DNA from: Thermoanaerobaculia bacterium
Lineage (GTDB): Bacteria > Acidobacteriota > Thermoanaerobaculia > UBA5066
DNA: 64,000 nt
Assembly (NCBI GenBank): GCA_963719225.1
Contig: CAVRAY010000001.1
Location: 1,344,001 to 1,408,000, forward strand
Reading direction: 5' to 3'
Shown: positions 26,383-37,749 of the stretch, piece after piece
Numbering within the stretch: the first letter of the stretch is position 1
Layout of the letters: every line of letters begins with the position of its first letter
Notes under the pieces: generated by a model
Databases searched by the model: none
Seen by the model: the letters and a program-made list of their open reading frames with translations, nothing else
What the model was told of the DNA's origin: nothing
Translations under genes and position numbers: made by a program

Positions 26383-29300
26383 ACCCTTCCCGCCCGTTCA
26401 TCCTGCGGCCGGTCGCGACGTCGCTCCTGATGGCCGGGCTGCTCCTGGTGGGCGTCGTGGGATTCCATTTCCTCCCGGTCTCGGCGTTGCCCCAGGTCGA
26501 CTACCCGACGATCCAGGTCCTGACGTTCTATCCGGGCGCGAGCCCGGACGTCATGGCCTCCTCAGTCACCGCTCCTCTCGAGAGGCAGTTCGGCCAGGTC
26601 CCGGGCCTCAACCAGATGACGTCGACGAGCTCGCAGGGAGCGTCGGTCATCACGCTCCAGTTCACGCTCGAGCTCAACATCGACGTGGCCGAGCAGCAGG
26701 TGCAGGCCGCGATCAACGCCGCGGGGACTTTCCTCCCGCGTGATCTGCCGAACCCGCCCATCTACAGCAAGACGAACCCGGCCGACGCCCCGATCCTCAC
26801 GCTCGCCCTCACGTCCAAGACGATGCCGCTCTCCCAGGTGGAGGACATCGCGGACACGCGCCTCGCCCAGAAGATCTCGCAGCTCCCGGGAGTGGGTCTC
26901 GTGTCGATCAGCGGCGGCCAGAAGCCGGCGGTGCGGGTCCAGGTCAATCCCGCGGCTCTGTCCTCCTACGGCCTCACGATGGAGGACGTCCGGACGGCTC
27001 TCGCCCAGGCGAACGTCAACCAGGCGAAAGGGAGCTTCGACGGCTCCACGCAGGCCTACACGATCGGCGCGAATGACCAGCTCCTCAAGAGCGCCGACTA
27101 TCGGCCGCTCGTCATTGCCTACAAGAACGGCGCCCCCGTCCATCTCTCGGACGTCGCGGCCGTCGTCGACGGCGCCGAGAACGTGAAGCAGGCGGCCTGG
27201 ATGAACCAGACACCGGCCGTGATCGTGAACATCCAGCGACAGCCGGGCGCGAACATCATCGCGGTCGTCGACCGCATCAAGGCGCTCCTCCCGCAGCTCA
27301 AGAGCGGACTGCCGGCCGCGATCGACCTCGCGATCCTGACGGACCGCACGACGACGATCCGCGCGTCGGTCAAGGACGTCGAGTTCGAGCTGATGCTCGT
27401 GGTCGCGCTCGTCGTCATGGTCATCTTCCTCTTCCTGAGGAGCGTCGCCGCCACCATCATCCCGAGCGTCGCGGTTCCGCTCTCGCTCGTGGGCACGTTC
27501 GCGGCGATGTACGCCCTCGGCTACAGCCTGAACAACCTCACGCTCATGGCGTTGACGATCTCGACCGGCTTCGTCGTGGACGACGCGATCGTCATGATCG
27601 AGAACATCACGCGCTACATCGAGGAAGGGGAGAAGCCCCTCGAGGCCGCGCTGAAGGGATCCGAGCAGATCGGGTTCACGATCCTGTCGCTGACGGTGTC
27701 TCTCATCGCCGTTCTCATACCGCTCCTCTTCATGGGCGACATCGTGGGGCGGCTCTTCCGCGAGTTTGCGGTGACGCTCTCGGTGACGATCCTCATCTCC
27801 GCGGCCGTCTCGCTCACGCTCACGCCGATGATGTGCGCGCGCCTCCTGCGCCACAAATCCGATTCGGAGCGGACCCGCTTCTACCGGGCGTCCGAGCGCG
27901 TCTTCAAGGGGATCATCGCCTTCTACGACCGCACGCTTCGCTGGGTCCTCGGGCACCAGACGGCCACGCTCGTCGTCGCCGTCGTCACGTTCGTCGCGAC
28001 GATCCTCCTGTACGTCGTGATCCCGAAGGGTTTCTTCCCGGTTCAGGACACGGGCGTCCTCCTCGGCATCTCAGAGGCCCCGCAGTCCGCCTCCTTCGAG
28101 ACGATCTCCGAGAGGCAGCAGCAGCTCGCGGCGGTCATCCTGAAGGATCCCGCCGTCGAGAGCCTCTCGTCGTTCATCGGCGTCGACGGCACGAACCAGA
28201 CGCTCAACAGCGGGCGGATCCAGATCAACCTCAAGCCGCTCGACGAGCGCAAGATCCGCGCGGAGGACCTCATCCGCCGGCTTCAGCCGGAGCTGCAGAA
28301 GGTCGGCGGAATGACGCTCTTCCTCCAGCCCGTGCAGGACCTGACCGTGGAGGACCGGGTCAGCCGGACGCAGTACCAGTACAGCCTCGAGGACCCGGAC
28401 GCCGCCGAGCTGAACGCGTGGGTGCCACGATTCGTCGAGAAGCTGAAAGGGCTCCCGGAGCTGCGCGACGTCACGAGCGACCAGCAGAACGCCGGGCTTC
28501 AGGCGCGCGTGATCATCGACCGGAACGCGGCTTCACGCTTCGGCATTACGCCCCAGCAGATCGACGACGCGCTCTACGACACTTTCGGGCAGCGCCAGGT
28601 CTCGACGATGTTCACGCAGCTCAACCAGTACCGCGTCGTGCTCGAAGGGAGGCCCGAACTCCAGGTCCGGCCCGAGGACCTCCAGAACGTCTACCTGCGC
28701 TCCTCGGCCGGGGGCTCGGTGCCGCTGCGGTCGCTCGCGGTCATCGAGACGGCGTCGACGCCTCTTTCCGTGAACCACCAGGGGCAGTTTCCGGTCGCCA
28801 CGGTCTCCTTCAACCTCGCTCCGGACGCTTCGCTCGGAGGAGCGGTCAGGGCGATCGAGAAAGCGCGCAAGGAGCTCGGCCTGCCGGAGAGCATCCAGGC
28901 GGGATTCCAGGGAACCGCGCGGGCGTTCGGCGCGTCGCTCACGAACACTCCGCTCCTCATTCTCGCCTCGCTCGTGACGGTCTACATCCTCCTCGGCGTC
29001 CTCTACGAGAGCACGATCCACCCGATCACGATCCTGTCGACGCTTCCGTCCGCGGGCGTCGGGGCTCTCCTCTCGCTCATCCTGTGCCGCCACGACTTCT
29101 CGGTCGTCGCGCTCATCGGAATCATCCTTCTCATCGGCATCGTCGAGAAGAACGCGATCATGATGATCGACTTCGCCCTCGACGCCGAGCGCCGCGACAA
29201 GAAGAAGCCCGAGGACGCGATCACGCAGGCCGCGCTCCTGAGGTTCCGGCCGATCATCATGACGACGATGGCCGCGCTGCTCGCGGGAATCCCGCTCGCG

Positions 29301-29513
29301 CTCGGCGGCGGCACCGGCTCGGAGCTGAGGAAGCCGCTCGGGATCGCGATCGTGGGCGGGCTCATCTTCAGCCAGCTCCTGACGCTCTACACGACGCCAG
29401 TCATCTACCTCGCTTTCGACCGCCTCGCGGCCCGGCTCTCGAAGGGGCGCGGCCGGACGGCCGGGAGAGCGCCGGGCCCCGTGCCCGAGCCGGCGCCGGC
29501 GGAGAGCCGGTGA
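26379..29513 (+). CDS. mdtB: RND efflux permease (MdtB/MuxB)
   Basis: [51 protein letters not shown]; ATGA overlap with mdtA. Confidence 0.93.
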   Translation: MNPSRPFILRPVATSLLMAGLLLVGVVGFHFLPVSALPQVDYPTIQVLTFYPGASPDVMASSVTAPLERQFGQVPGLNQMTSTSSQGASVITLQFTLELNIDVAEQQVQAAINAAGTFLPRDLPNPPIYSKTNPADAPILTLALTSKTMPLSQVEDIADTRLAQKISQLPGVGLVSISGGQKPAVRVQVNPAALSSYGLTMEDVRTALAQANVNQAKGSFDGSTQAYTIGANDQLLKSADYRPLVIAYKNGAPVHLSDVAAVVDGAENVKQAAWMNQTPAVIVNIQRQPGANIIAVVDRIKALLPQLKSGLPAAIDLAILTDRTTTIRASVKDVEFELMLVVALVVMVIFLFLRSVAATIIPSVAVPLSLVGTFAAMYALGYSLNNLTLMALTISTGFVVDDAIVMIENITRYIEEGEKPLEAALKGSEQIGFTILSLTVSLIAVLIPLLFMGDIVGRLFREFAVTLSVTILISAAVSLTLTPMMCARLLRHKSDSERTRFYRASERVFKGIIAFYDRTLRWVLGHQTATLVVAVVTFVATILLYVVIPKGFFPVQDTGVLLGISEAPQSASFETISERQQQLAAVILKDPAVESLSSFIGVDGTNQTLNSGRIQINLKPLDERKIRAEDLIRRLQPELQKVGGMTLFLQPVQDLTVEDRVSRTQYQYSLEDPDAAELNAWVPRFVEKLKGLPELRDVTSDQQNAGLQARVIIDRNAASRFGITPQQIDDALYDTFGQRQVSTMFTQLNQYRVVLEGRPELQVRPEDLQNVYLRSSAGGSVPLRSLAVIETASTPLSVNHQGQFPVATVSFNLAPDASLGGAVRAIEKARKELGLPESIQAGFQGTARAFGASLTNTPLLILASLVTVYILLGVLYESTIHPITILSTLPSAGVGALLSLILCRHDFSVVALIGIILLIGIVEKNAIMMIDFALDAERRDKKKPEDAITQAALLRFRPIIMTTMAALLAGIPLALGGGTGSELRKPLGIAIVGGLIFSQLLTLYTTPVIYLAFDRLAARLSKGRGRTAGRAPGPVPEPAPAESR

Positions 29514-32500
29514 GGCTCTCCGGGGGGCTGAGCTCCGGACGCCCGGGTCCCAACCCGGTCGTCCCCCCGGACCCCCGTCCAGAGGTGTCGGCGGGCTCTG
29601 CTGCTCGTCACGGAGGACCGTCGGCTCCGTTCATCCGCCGTCCGATCGGCACGAGCCTTCTCACGATCGCGCTCGCGCTCGCCGGCGGCATCGCCTACTT
29701 CTTCCTTCCCGTCGCGCCGCTCCCGCAGGTCGAGTTCCCGACGATCTCGGTTTCGGCGAACCTGCCCGGCGCGAGCCCGGAGACGATGGCCTCGTCGGTC
29801 GCGACGCCGCTCGAGCGGCAGTTCGGGCGAATCGCGGGGATCACGGAGATGACGTCGCAGAGCTCGCTCGGCTCGACGTCGATCACGATCCAGTTCGACC
29901 TGTCCCGGAACATCGACGCCGCCGGAAGGGACGTCCAGGCCGCGATCAACGCGGCGCGCGGCCAGCTCCCCTCGAATCTTCCGAACAACCCCCGCTACCG
30001 GAAGGTGAACCCCGCCGACGCTCCGATCATGCTGATCGGTCTGACTTCGGACAGCGTTCAAAGGTCGCGCATGTACGACCTCGCGTCTTCCATCCTGCAG
30101 CAGAAGCTCGCGCAGGTTCCAGGCGTCGGGCAGGTGTTCGTGGGCGGGGGCGCGCTCCCGGCGGTGCGCGTGGACGTGAACCCGACGGCTCTCGCGCGCA
30201 CCGGCCTCGGCCTCGAGGACCTGAGGAGCTTCCTCTTCAGCGTGAATACGAACCGGCCCAAGGGCGACGTCGGCCGCGGGGACCGCCTCTGGTCCATCGC
30301 AGCGACGGACCAGCTCTTCAAGGCGGACCAGTACAAGCCGCTGGTCGTCTCGTACAAAAAGGGCGCGGCCCTCCGGCTCTCCGACATCGCCACGGTCACG
30401 GATTCCGTCGAGGACGTGAGGACCACCGGCCTCGCGAACGGCAAGCCCGCGATTCTCATCATCGTGTTCCGGCAACCGGGCGCGAACATCATCGCGACCG
30501 TCGACCGCATCTACGCGCTCCTGCCGCAGCTCCAGGCCGAGCTGCCGCCCACGATCGCTCTCACCGTCATGCTCGACCGGACGACGACGATCCGCGCGTC
30601 CGTGAAGGACGTCCAGATCACGCTCCTGATCTCGATCTCCCTCGTCGTCCTCGTCGTCTTCGTGTTCCTGAGGAGCGTCCGTTCGACGATCATCCCGAGC
30701 GTTGCCGTGCCCGTCTCGCTCATCGGTACGTTCGGCGCGATGTATCTCCTCGGCTACTCGATCGACAATCTGTCGCTCATGGCCATGACGATCGCGACGG
30801 GCTTCGTCGTGGACGACGCGATCGTCGTGATCGAGAACATCACACGGCACGTCGAAGGGGGGATGAAACCGTTCGACGCCGCGCTCGAGGGTGCGCGCGA
30901 GATCGGGTTCACGGTCTTCTCGATGAGCATGTCGCTCATCGCGGTGTTCATTCCGATCCTCCTCATGGGCGGCATCGTGGGCCGGCTCTTCCGCGAGTTC
31001 GCCGTGACGCTTTCGGTCGCGATCTTCATCTCGATGCTCATCTCGCTCACGACGACCCCGATGATGTGCGCCTGGCTGCTCAAGGGAAAAGAGGAGCAGC
31101 AGCACGGCCGCCTGTACGCCCTGAGCGAGCGCGGCTTCCAGCGGATTCTCGGCCGCTACGACGCGTCGCTGCGCTGGGTGCTGCGTCACCAGCCGCTCAC
31201 GCTCGCCGTCACGCTCGTGACGATGGCGGCGACGGTCTTCCTCTACGTCAAGGTGCCGAAGGGCTTCTTCCCGCAGCAGGACACCGGCCGCCTTTCAGGG
31301 TCCATCCTGGGCGACCAGAACACGTCTTTCGCGGCGATGCGAAAGCGTGTCGCCTCATTCGTGGATGTCGTCATGAAGGACCCGGACGTCCTCTACGTGC
31401 AGGCTTTCGCGGGTGGCCAGGGGGTGTTGAACCAGGGCCGGATGTTCGCCACGCTGAAGCCGCGCCGCGAGCGCAAAGCCACCGCGGACCAGATCATCGG
31501 ACGCCTGCGCGGACAGCTCGGTTCCGTGCCCGGCGGCAGTTTGTTCCTGCAGGCCGTCCAGGACCTCCGCATCGGCGGCTTCGCCTCGAGCGCGCAGTAT
31601 CAGTACACGCTTTCGGCGGACGACCCGAAGGACCTCGCGGAGTGGGCGCCCAAGGTGCTCCAGAAGCTGCGCTCCGTCAAGGGCCTCGCGGACCTCAACA
31701 GCGACCAGCAGATGAAGGGCCTCGAAGCGACCGTCGTCATCGACCGGGCGACGGCCTCGCGCTTCGGCATCGCGCCGCAGCAGATCGACGACGCCCTGTA
31801 CGACGCCTTCGGTCAGCGGCAGGTATCGACGATGTACACGCCCCTGAATCAGTACCACGTCGTGATGGAGGTCGATCCGAAGTTCTGGCAGGATCCCGAG
31901 AGCCTGAAGTCGATCTGGGTGAAGGCGAAGGACGGGACGCAGGTTCCTCTATCCGCCTTCACGCGATTCCAGCGTTCCACGGCGCCGCTCGCGATCACCC
32001 ACCAGGGACAGTTCCCGTCCGTGACTCTCTCGTTCAACCTGGCGCCCGGACTCGCCCTTGGCGACGCGGTGAACGAGATCCACCGCGCCCAGCGCGAGAT
32101 CGGCGTCCCTTCCGGAATCCGCTCGAACTTCCTGGGGACGGCGAAGGCGTTTCAGGAGTCGCTCCGCAACGAGCCGCTTCTCATTCTCGCGGCGATCGTG
32201 ACGGTGTACATCGTCCTCGGCATCCTTTACGAGAGCCTGATCCACCCGGTCACGATTCTCTCGACGCTGCCGTCGGCAGGCGTGGGCGCGCTCCTGGCGC
32301 TCCTGCTCACGGGCACGGACCTCAGCGTGATCGCGCTCATCGGGATCATCCTTCTCATCGGGATCGTGAAGAAGAACGCGATCCTGATGATCGACTTCGC
32401 TCTGGAGGCCGAGCGCAAGGAGAACAAGAAGCCCGAGGAGGCGATCTTCCAGGCCTGCCTCCTGCGATTCCGGCCGATCACGATGACGACGATGGCGGCG

Positions 32501-32725
32501 CTCCTCGGCGGCCTGCCGCTCGCTCTCGGTGCAGGCACGGGCTCGGAGCTGCGCCGCCCGCTCGGCATCGCGATCGTGGGCGGCCTGATCTTCAGCCAGA
32601 TGCTGACGCTCTACACGACGCCCGTCGTCTATCTCTACCTCGACCGCATGCGCCTGCGCTGGGAGAAGACCCGGCGTCGCCGCGTCGCCGCTCGGGACCT
32701 CTCTCATGAGCAACCGGCGACCTGA
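29510..32725 (+). CDS. mdtC: RND efflux permease (MdtC/MuxC)
   Basis: [48 protein letters not shown]; GTGA overlap with mdtB; extended N-terminus. Confidence 0.9.
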   Translation: MRLSGGLSSGRPGPNPVVPPDPRPEVSAGSAARHGGPSAPFIRRPIGTSLLTIALALAGGIAYFFLPVAPLPQVEFPTISVSANLPGASPETMASSVATPLERQFGRIAGITEMTSQSSLGSTSITIQFDLSRNIDAAGRDVQAAINAARGQLPSNLPNNPRYRKVNPADAPIMLIGLTSDSVQRSRMYDLASSILQQKLAQVPGVGQVFVGGGALPAVRVDVNPTALARTGLGLEDLRSFLFSVNTNRPKGDVGRGDRLWSIAATDQLFKADQYKPLVVSYKKGAALRLSDIATVTDSVEDVRTTGLANGKPAILIIVFRQPGANIIATVDRIYALLPQLQAELPPTIALTVMLDRTTTIRASVKDVQITLLISISLVVLVVFVFLRSVRSTIIPSVAVPVSLIGTFGAMYLLGYSIDNLSLMAMTIATGFVVDDAIVVIENITRHVEGGMKPFDAALEGAREIGFTVFSMSMSLIAVFIPILLMGGIVGRLFREFAVTLSVAIFISMLISLTTTPMMCAWLLKGKEEQQHGRLYALSERGFQRILGRYDASLRWVLRHQPLTLAVTLVTMAATVFLYVKVPKGFFPQQDTGRLSGSILGDQNTSFAAMRKRVASFVDVVMKDPDVLYVQAFAGGQGVLNQGRMFATLKPRRERKATADQIIGRLRGQLGSVPGGSLFLQAVQDLRIGGFASSAQYQYTLSADDPKDLAEWAPKVLQKLRSVKGLADLNSDQQMKGLEATVVIDRATASRFGIAPQQIDDALYDAFGQRQVSTMYTPLNQYHVVMEVDPKFWQDPESLKSIWVKAKDGTQVPLSAFTRFQRSTAPLAITHQGQFPSVTLSFNLAPGLALGDAVNEIHRAQREIGVPSGIRSNFLGTAKAFQESLRNEPLLILAAIVTVYIVLGILYESLIHPVTILSTLPSAGVGALLALLLTGTDLSVIALIGIILLIGIVKKNAILMIDFALEAERKENKKPEEAIFQACLLRFRPITMTTMAALLGGLPLALGAGTGSELRRPLGIAIVGGLIFSQMLTLYTTPVVYLYLDRMRLRWEKTRRRRVAARDLSHEQPAT
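29519..29576. repeat. GC-rich palindromic REP-like element at the 5' end of mdtC
   Basis: TCCGGGGGG (29519-27) / CCCCCCGGA (29563-71); alternative inner stems GGACG/CGTCC and CCGGGT/ACCCGG; ends CCCCCCGGACCCCC. Confidence 0.55.
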
Positions 32726-34196
32726 ACCGCTGCGCGGCGTCGTCGCCGCGGCTCTCGCTTCCACTCTCGCGCTGCTTTTGCCGGCGTGCGCCGTGGGCCC
32801 GAATTACCGGACGCCGTCGGTGGCGGAGCCGGCCACGTTCAAGGAGGCGAGCGTCGAGCCTTCGGAGTGGAAGCCGGCGCAGCCGGGAGACGCGCTGCCC
32901 AGGGACGGGTGGTGGAGGCTCTTCGGAGATCCCGGTCTCGATGCGCTCGAGGAGCAGGTCTCCCCGGCGAACCAGAGCGTCGCGCAGGCCGAGGCCCGCT
33001 ACCGTGCCGCGCGGGCGGCCGTGAGGCAGGCGCGCGCGGACTTCTTTCCGACCGTGACGGGCTCCGCTTCCGTGACGCGGTCGCGTTCGGGATCCGCGCG
33101 CTCTTCGTCCGCGACCCCGGCGAGCGGCACGACGGCGTCGTCTCCGGTCACGACGACGCTCTACGGCGTCTCGGCGGAGGCTTCGTGGGAGCTAGACGTC
33201 TGGGGGCGGGTGAGGCGCAGCGCCGAGTCGAGCGTCGCGAGCGCCGAGGCCACCGCGGCGGACCTCGAGAACGTCCGCCTTTCCATGCAGGCCGAGCTCG
33301 CGGTGGACTGGTTCCTGCTCCACGGGTTCGACGCTCAGAGGGAGCTGTTGGAGACGAACGTCGCGGCTCAGGAAAGGGCGCTCCACCTCACGCAGAACCG
33401 GCACGATCAGGGCGTCGTCTCCGGTGTGGACGTCGCGCAGGCCGAGACGCTCCTCGAAACGACGCGCGCGCAGGCGATCGACCTCGGCATCGCGCGCGCG
33501 CAGACCGAGCACGCGATCGCGGTCCTCGTCGGCAAGGCTCCGGCTGACCTGACGATCCCGCCCGCGAAGATCGGCGTCGTTCCGCCCGCCCTTCCCGTTC
33601 TCCTGCCGTCCGAGCTCCTCGAGCGCCGTCCCGACGTGGCGGCCGCCGAGAGGCGCACGGCCGCCGCGAACGCCCTCATCGGGGTCGCCGTCGCCGCCTA
33701 CTTCCCGAAGCTCTCTCTCGACGCCTCGGCGGGTTTCCTCAGCGACACGCTCTCGAAGCTTTTCTCGGCCCCGGCGTTCGTCTGGTCCGTCGGGCCGTCC
33801 GCGCTCGCGACGCTGTTCGACGCGGGGCGCCGCCGCGCCGTCACCCGGTAGCGGCGGGCGGAGTACGACGAGGCGGTCGCCGCCTACCGTCAGACCGTGC
33901 TCACGGCGTTCCAGGAAGTCGAGGACCAGCTCGTCGCGATTCGCCTCCTCGCGCGCGAGGAAGCGCAGCAGGCCCGTGCCGTCGCGGCGGCCGAGCGCTC
34001 CCTCGAGCTCGCCGAGAGCCGCTACCAGGGGGGCATCACGACGTACCTCGAGGTCGTCACGGCGCAGAGCGTCGCCCTCTCGAACGAGCGCACGGCCGTC
34101 GACCTCCTCACGCGCCGTATGACCGCGAGCGTGAGTCTCGTCAGGGCTCTGGGAGGCGGCTTCGACGGGTTGCGAGGGTCCACTTCCGCCCGCTGA
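32706..34196 (+). pseudogene. NodT/OpmB-family outer-membrane efflux lipoprotein with in-frame TAG at 33849-33851
   Basis: Lipobox LPAC-AVGPNY, WW..F.DP.L, PSELLERRPDV. The same frame continues after TAG as RRAEYDEAVAAYRQTVLTAFQEVED...LVRALGGG. Confidence 0.85.
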
Positions 34197-34205
34197 CCGC
34201 CGGCG

Positions 34206-34737
34206 TCAACGGATCGACTCGAGAAGGCGCTTCGCTTCCTCGCTCGAGGGATCGCGCTTGAGCGCCTTCTCCACCGCCTTGCGCGCGGCGGCGGGTCGGC
34301 CCCGCATCAGCTCGGCGCGCGCGATCGCGAGCCACGGCTCGACGAGCGTCGAGTCGGCCGCGGCGGCCTTCCGATAGTTCGCGATCGCCTGCCCGACCCT
34401 TCCACCCGCGATCTCGAGGTTTCCGCGCACGAGCAAGGCATACGGGGATGCCCGCCGGGCTTCTCGGCGCCCTGAAAGAAGTCGGCGCCTGGCGGAGGCG
34501 CTCGAGGCGTTCGCTCTCGGTTCCGGCGCCGGCCAGACCGCGTGCGGCGAGCGCCATCGCGCGTGTCAAAGCCATGGGGTTCGGGGCCTGGGCGGAACTG
34601 ACGCCCCGGCGCGCGAGTCGCGCGTTCCAACGCTCGGTGGAGACCGCGTAGCCCGGGGGCGGTTCGAACGTCACGCACCCGAACAGCGCGGCGAGCGCCA
34701 CGAGCCCCGGAAACGCGAGCTTCGCCGTCGACCTCAT
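34206..34737 (-). pseudogene. Remnant of a TPR lipoprotein (N-terminus and last TPRs in different frames)
   Basis: Lipobox LFGC after ATG 34737. A TPR-like C-terminus (RGNLE...QAIANYRKA...EPWLAIARAEL...KALKRDP) lies in another frame; junction near 34450-34490. Confidence 0.55.
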
Positions 34738-34805
34738 GAAAGAGCTACGGTGCCACGGTTCTCGGAGTTGCGCGTCGAGGCCGGGTTCTTGCTTCAGACT
34801 GAGGC

Positions 34806-36407
34806 GTGGGGAAGAGTCTTCGAAGCGCGGCGAGGGCGTTCAGCCTGGGCCTCCTGATCGCGCTTCGCCTCGGCGCCGAGGAGACGGAGAGCCCCTCTCT
34901 CCGCGTCGGCAAGATCACGATCCGGACCGTACCCGTGTTCTCTCGCGAAGAGGCGACGTCCGGCCTCTATCGCACGATGAACCGGGCGCACGTCACGACG
35001 CGCCCGTCCGTGATCCGGAAGTTCCTGCTCTTCAAGGAAGGGGAACCTTACGACTCCGGAAAGCTGAAGGAGACCGAGAAGAACCTCAGAGAGCTCGGCT
35101 TTCTCAAGTCCGCATCCGTGACCTCCGGCCCGCCGCACGGAGGCCTCGTCGACGTCCTCGTGGTCACACAGGATTCCTGGTCGCTTCTTCCCGGCATCCC
35201 GATCGCGAGCGCCGGAGGGCAGACGACGTACGGCTTCCAGCTCCTCGAGAGGAACCTCCTGGGGACCGGGCGCGAGCTTTCGCTGAGCTACAACAAGGAG
35301 ATCGAGCGCATCACGCGCATCGTAGAGTACGTCGACCCGTACCTCTTCGGCTCTTACTGGAGCGGGCGCTTCTCGCAGGCCTGGAACTCCGACGGCGAGA
35401 GGACGCGCGCGGAGGTGAGCCACCCGTTCTCCTCCCTGTCGAGTCCCGTGTCTCACGACTTCCGCCTGGATGTCTTCGGCCAGACGACGCGCACGTATGC
35501 GGCGGGCGAAGTCGACGCCGCGTACCACCAGGATCACCGCGGCGGGGGCCTGGAAGCGGGCTGGGCGGTCTCCACGTCGCGGACGCGCGCCCATCGTCTC
35601 ACCGCCGGAATGGAAGTCCTCGAGGACCGGTTCGAAGCGCTCCCCGAGAGGCCGGGAGATCTCCTTCCCGATCCGCGAACGTTCCGCACCGTCTTCGTCG
35701 GCTACGAGCTCGCCGAGAGCGACCTGATGAAGCTGAGCTACGTGAACCGCGACCTCCGGGTGGAGGACTTCAACCTGGGGTGGGCGCTCGACGCGCGGTT
35801 CGGCGTCGCCCCCGAATTCCTGGGCTCGGCGGGAAACACCGTCTTCGTGCGGCTCAAGGCCGGAAAAGGCGCTCGGCTCGGGGGACAAGGGTTCGTCCTG
35901 GCCTCTGTGTCCTACGAGACGCGGCTGAGAGGCGGCCCGGGAAACCAGATCGTCTCGGCCTCCCTCGACGTCGTCGAAAAGCTCCGCACGCGTCATCTCC
36001 AGACGCTCGTCGCGAAGCTCCGCTACGACCAGGGCTGGAACCTCGACCGGGACGTCCAGTTCATCGCGGACGGGCTCGTGGGACTTCGCGGCTACCGGCT
36101 CTTCTCGTTCGTCGGCGACAAACGGATGATCCTGAATCTCGAGCACCGTCTCTTCCGCGGCAAGGAAATGCTGCATCTCTTCTCACCGGGCGTCGTGTTT
36201 TTCGTGGACACCGGCGCCGCGGTGCCCGAGGGCACGCCCCTTCGACCGTCGGAGTTCAAGACCGACCTCGGAATGGGCCTCAGGATGTCGATCAGCCGCG
36301 CCCCCACGAGCAACGTCTACAGGATCGACTTCGCGTACGCGCTGAACCGGGACCCGAAAGGACGCCGGGGCCTGATCGTTTCTTTTTCGGCGTCGCAGGG
36401 TTTCTAG
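34806..36407 (+). CDS. Omp85/BamA-TamA superfamily outer-membrane protein (single POTRA plus barrel)
   Basis: Signal peptide; POTRA TRPSVIRKFLLFKEGEPYD...ETEKNLRELGF; ERNLLGTG; GLRGY motif; DLGMGLR; terminal F. Confidence 0.82.
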   Translation: MGKSLRSAARAFSLGLLIALRLGAEETESPSLRVGKITIRTVPVFSREEATSGLYRTMNRAHVTTRPSVIRKFLLFKEGEPYDSGKLKETEKNLRELGFLKSASVTSGPPHGGLVDVLVVTQDSWSLLPGIPIASAGGQTTYGFQLLERNLLGTGRELSLSYNKEIERITRIVEYVDPYLFGSYWSGRFSQAWNSDGERTRAEVSHPFSSLSSPVSHDFRLDVFGQTTRTYAAGEVDAAYHQDHRGGGLEAGWAVSTSRTRAHRLTAGMEVLEDRFEALPERPGDLLPDPRTFRTVFVGYELAESDLMKLSYVNRDLRVEDFNLGWALDARFGVAPEFLGSAGNTVFVRLKAGKGARLGGQGFVLASVSYETRLRGGPGNQIVSASLDVVEKLRTRHLQTLVAKLRYDQGWNLDRDVQFIADGLVGLRGYRLFSFVGDKRMILNLEHRLFRGKEMLHLFSPGVVFFVDTGAAVPEGTPLRPSEFKTDLGMGLRMSISRAPTSNVYRIDFAYALNRDPKGRRGLIVSFSASQGF

Positions 36408-36412
36408 CGTTT

Positions 36413-36429
36413 CTGGCACGAGGCTTGTA
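36413..36429 (+). promoter_or_regulatory. Candidate sigma54 (-24/-12) promoter
   Basis: CTGGCACG-AGGC-TTGTA vs consensus TGGCACG-N4-TTGCW (one mismatch at -12 C); GGAGGT SD follows. Confidence 0.55.
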
Positions 36430-36457
36430 ACAAAAGGGCGAGAGGGAGGTGAAAAAA

Positions 36458-37711
36458 ATGCGATTGAAAAATCGTGTCTTTTTCCTCGTGCTCGTTCTCG
36501 CGCTCGCCGCCGGGCTCTTCGTGCCCGCGCAAGCGGCGCGCGCGAGCGTGAGCGTCACGTTCTTCTACGACTCGCTCTCCCCATACGGAGACTGGATCAC
36601 GGTCTCGACTTACGGCCGCTGCTGGCGCCCCGCGCACGTCGCCGTGGGCTGGCAGCCTTACCTCGACGGAGAGTGGATCTACACGGACGCCGGATGGACC
36701 TGGGTGTCGTTCGATCCGTGGGGCGGCGACCCCTACCACTACGGAACCTGGGTCTTCACCGCCCGGTACGGCTGGATCTGGATTCCCGGGACCATCTGGG
36801 CGCCCGCGTGGGTGACGTGGTGCATCACGGACGACGCCTTCGGATGGGCTCCCGTGCCGCCGAGCTTCGCCGTCGGGATCTCGGGTTACGTCGGGCCGGC
36901 GCTGACGGTCTCACGGAGGGCGTACGTCTTCGTGCCGGCACGCCAATTCGCGGGCGTCAACGTGAGCTCGGTGCGCGTGCCCATCACCCAGAATGCGACT
37001 CTCGTCTCGCGTTCGCGTCCGCTGACGCGGTTCGCCGTCCAGGGCGGCGTACTTTCCGCCGGCGGCCCGGCGCTGCCCCAGGTGGAACGTGTCACTGGAA
37101 GGCGGATCGAGCGCGTGAACATCGCCCAGGCGAAAACCGAGCCGGTCCCGATCCGGACTTCCCTTCAGGGAAGGCGAGGTCGGGCTCCGGTCGTTGTCCC
37201 GGCAGTCGAACGGGCGAAGGCGATCACGGCCCACGAGAGGCGCGGCCCGCAGCAGGTATCGCGGTCGAAGACGGACGCCGTGACGACGGAGCGGGCGGTT
37301 CGCACTCTACCGCCACCCGCAAAGCGCGAGAAACATGAGAGAGCCACGGTCAACCAGTCGCCACCCCCGCCTCCCATGCGCGAGAAGCACGAGAAGCACG
37401 AGAAGGCCACCGTTCATCAGCCGCCACCTCCGCCGCCCCCCGCGGCCTCGAACGAGAAGCGCGAGCGCGTGATTCGCTCGCAGCCGGCTCAACCTCATTC
37501 CCCGCCGCCGCCGGTGCACGAGCGCCACGAAAGGGCAGTCACGCAGGCGCAGGTGAAACCCGAAAGGAACATCGGAAAGCGGCCGCAGGGGCCTCCTCCT
37601 GCTCAAGTCGAAAAACAACCCAACGTCCAGCCCAAGCCGCAAGGAGCTCCGCCCGCGCACGCGAACCCGCCGGGGAAGGAGAAGGAAAAGGAGCACGGCA
37701 AGGACCGCTGA
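36458..37711 (+). CDS. Secreted DUF6600-type Trp-rich protein with long Pro/charged disordered tail
   Basis: Signal peptide; LSPYGDW...W.PY..G.W....GWTWVS..PWG..PYHYG.W.....GW.W.PG..WAPAWV; tail with KxEKHE/QPPPPP repeats. Confidence 0.8.
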   Translation: MRLKNRVFFLVLVLALAAGLFVPAQAARASVSVTFFYDSLSPYGDWITVSTYGRCWRPAHVAVGWQPYLDGEWIYTDAGWTWVSFDPWGGDPYHYGTWVFTARYGWIWIPGTIWAPAWVTWCITDDAFGWAPVPPSFAVGISGYVGPALTVSRRAYVFVPARQFAGVNVSSVRVPITQNATLVSRSRPLTRFAVQGGVLSAGGPALPQVERVTGRRIERVNIAQAKTEPVPIRTSLQGRRGRAPVVVPAVERAKAITAHERRGPQQVSRSKTDAVTTERAVRTLPPPAKREKHERATVNQSPPPPPMREKHEKHEKATVHQPPPPPPPAASNEKRERVIRSQPAQPHSPPPPVHERHERAVTQAQVKPERNIGKRPQGPPPAQVEKQPNVQPKPQGAPPAHANPPGKEKEKEHGKDR

Positions 37712-37720
37712 TCCCGGCGT

Positions 37721-37749
37721 TTGATCCCCTTCCGTGGGCGTGATATGAA
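37721..37749 (+). promoter_or_regulatory. Promoter of the giant-protein operon
   Basis: TTGATC-17 nt-TATGAA with extended TG; overlapped by inverted repeat TGAACCCG..CGGGTTCA (37746-37770). Confidence 0.45.

Noticed and set aside
26379-32725. Long DNA similarity between the two RND genes
   Set aside because: Expected MdtB/MdtC paralogy
33849-33851. Genome-wide TAG recoding or pyrrolysine
   Set aside because: TAG is the genuine stop of many genes here (metG, tatD, lhgO, toxin, Omp85), and no pyl genes are in the window
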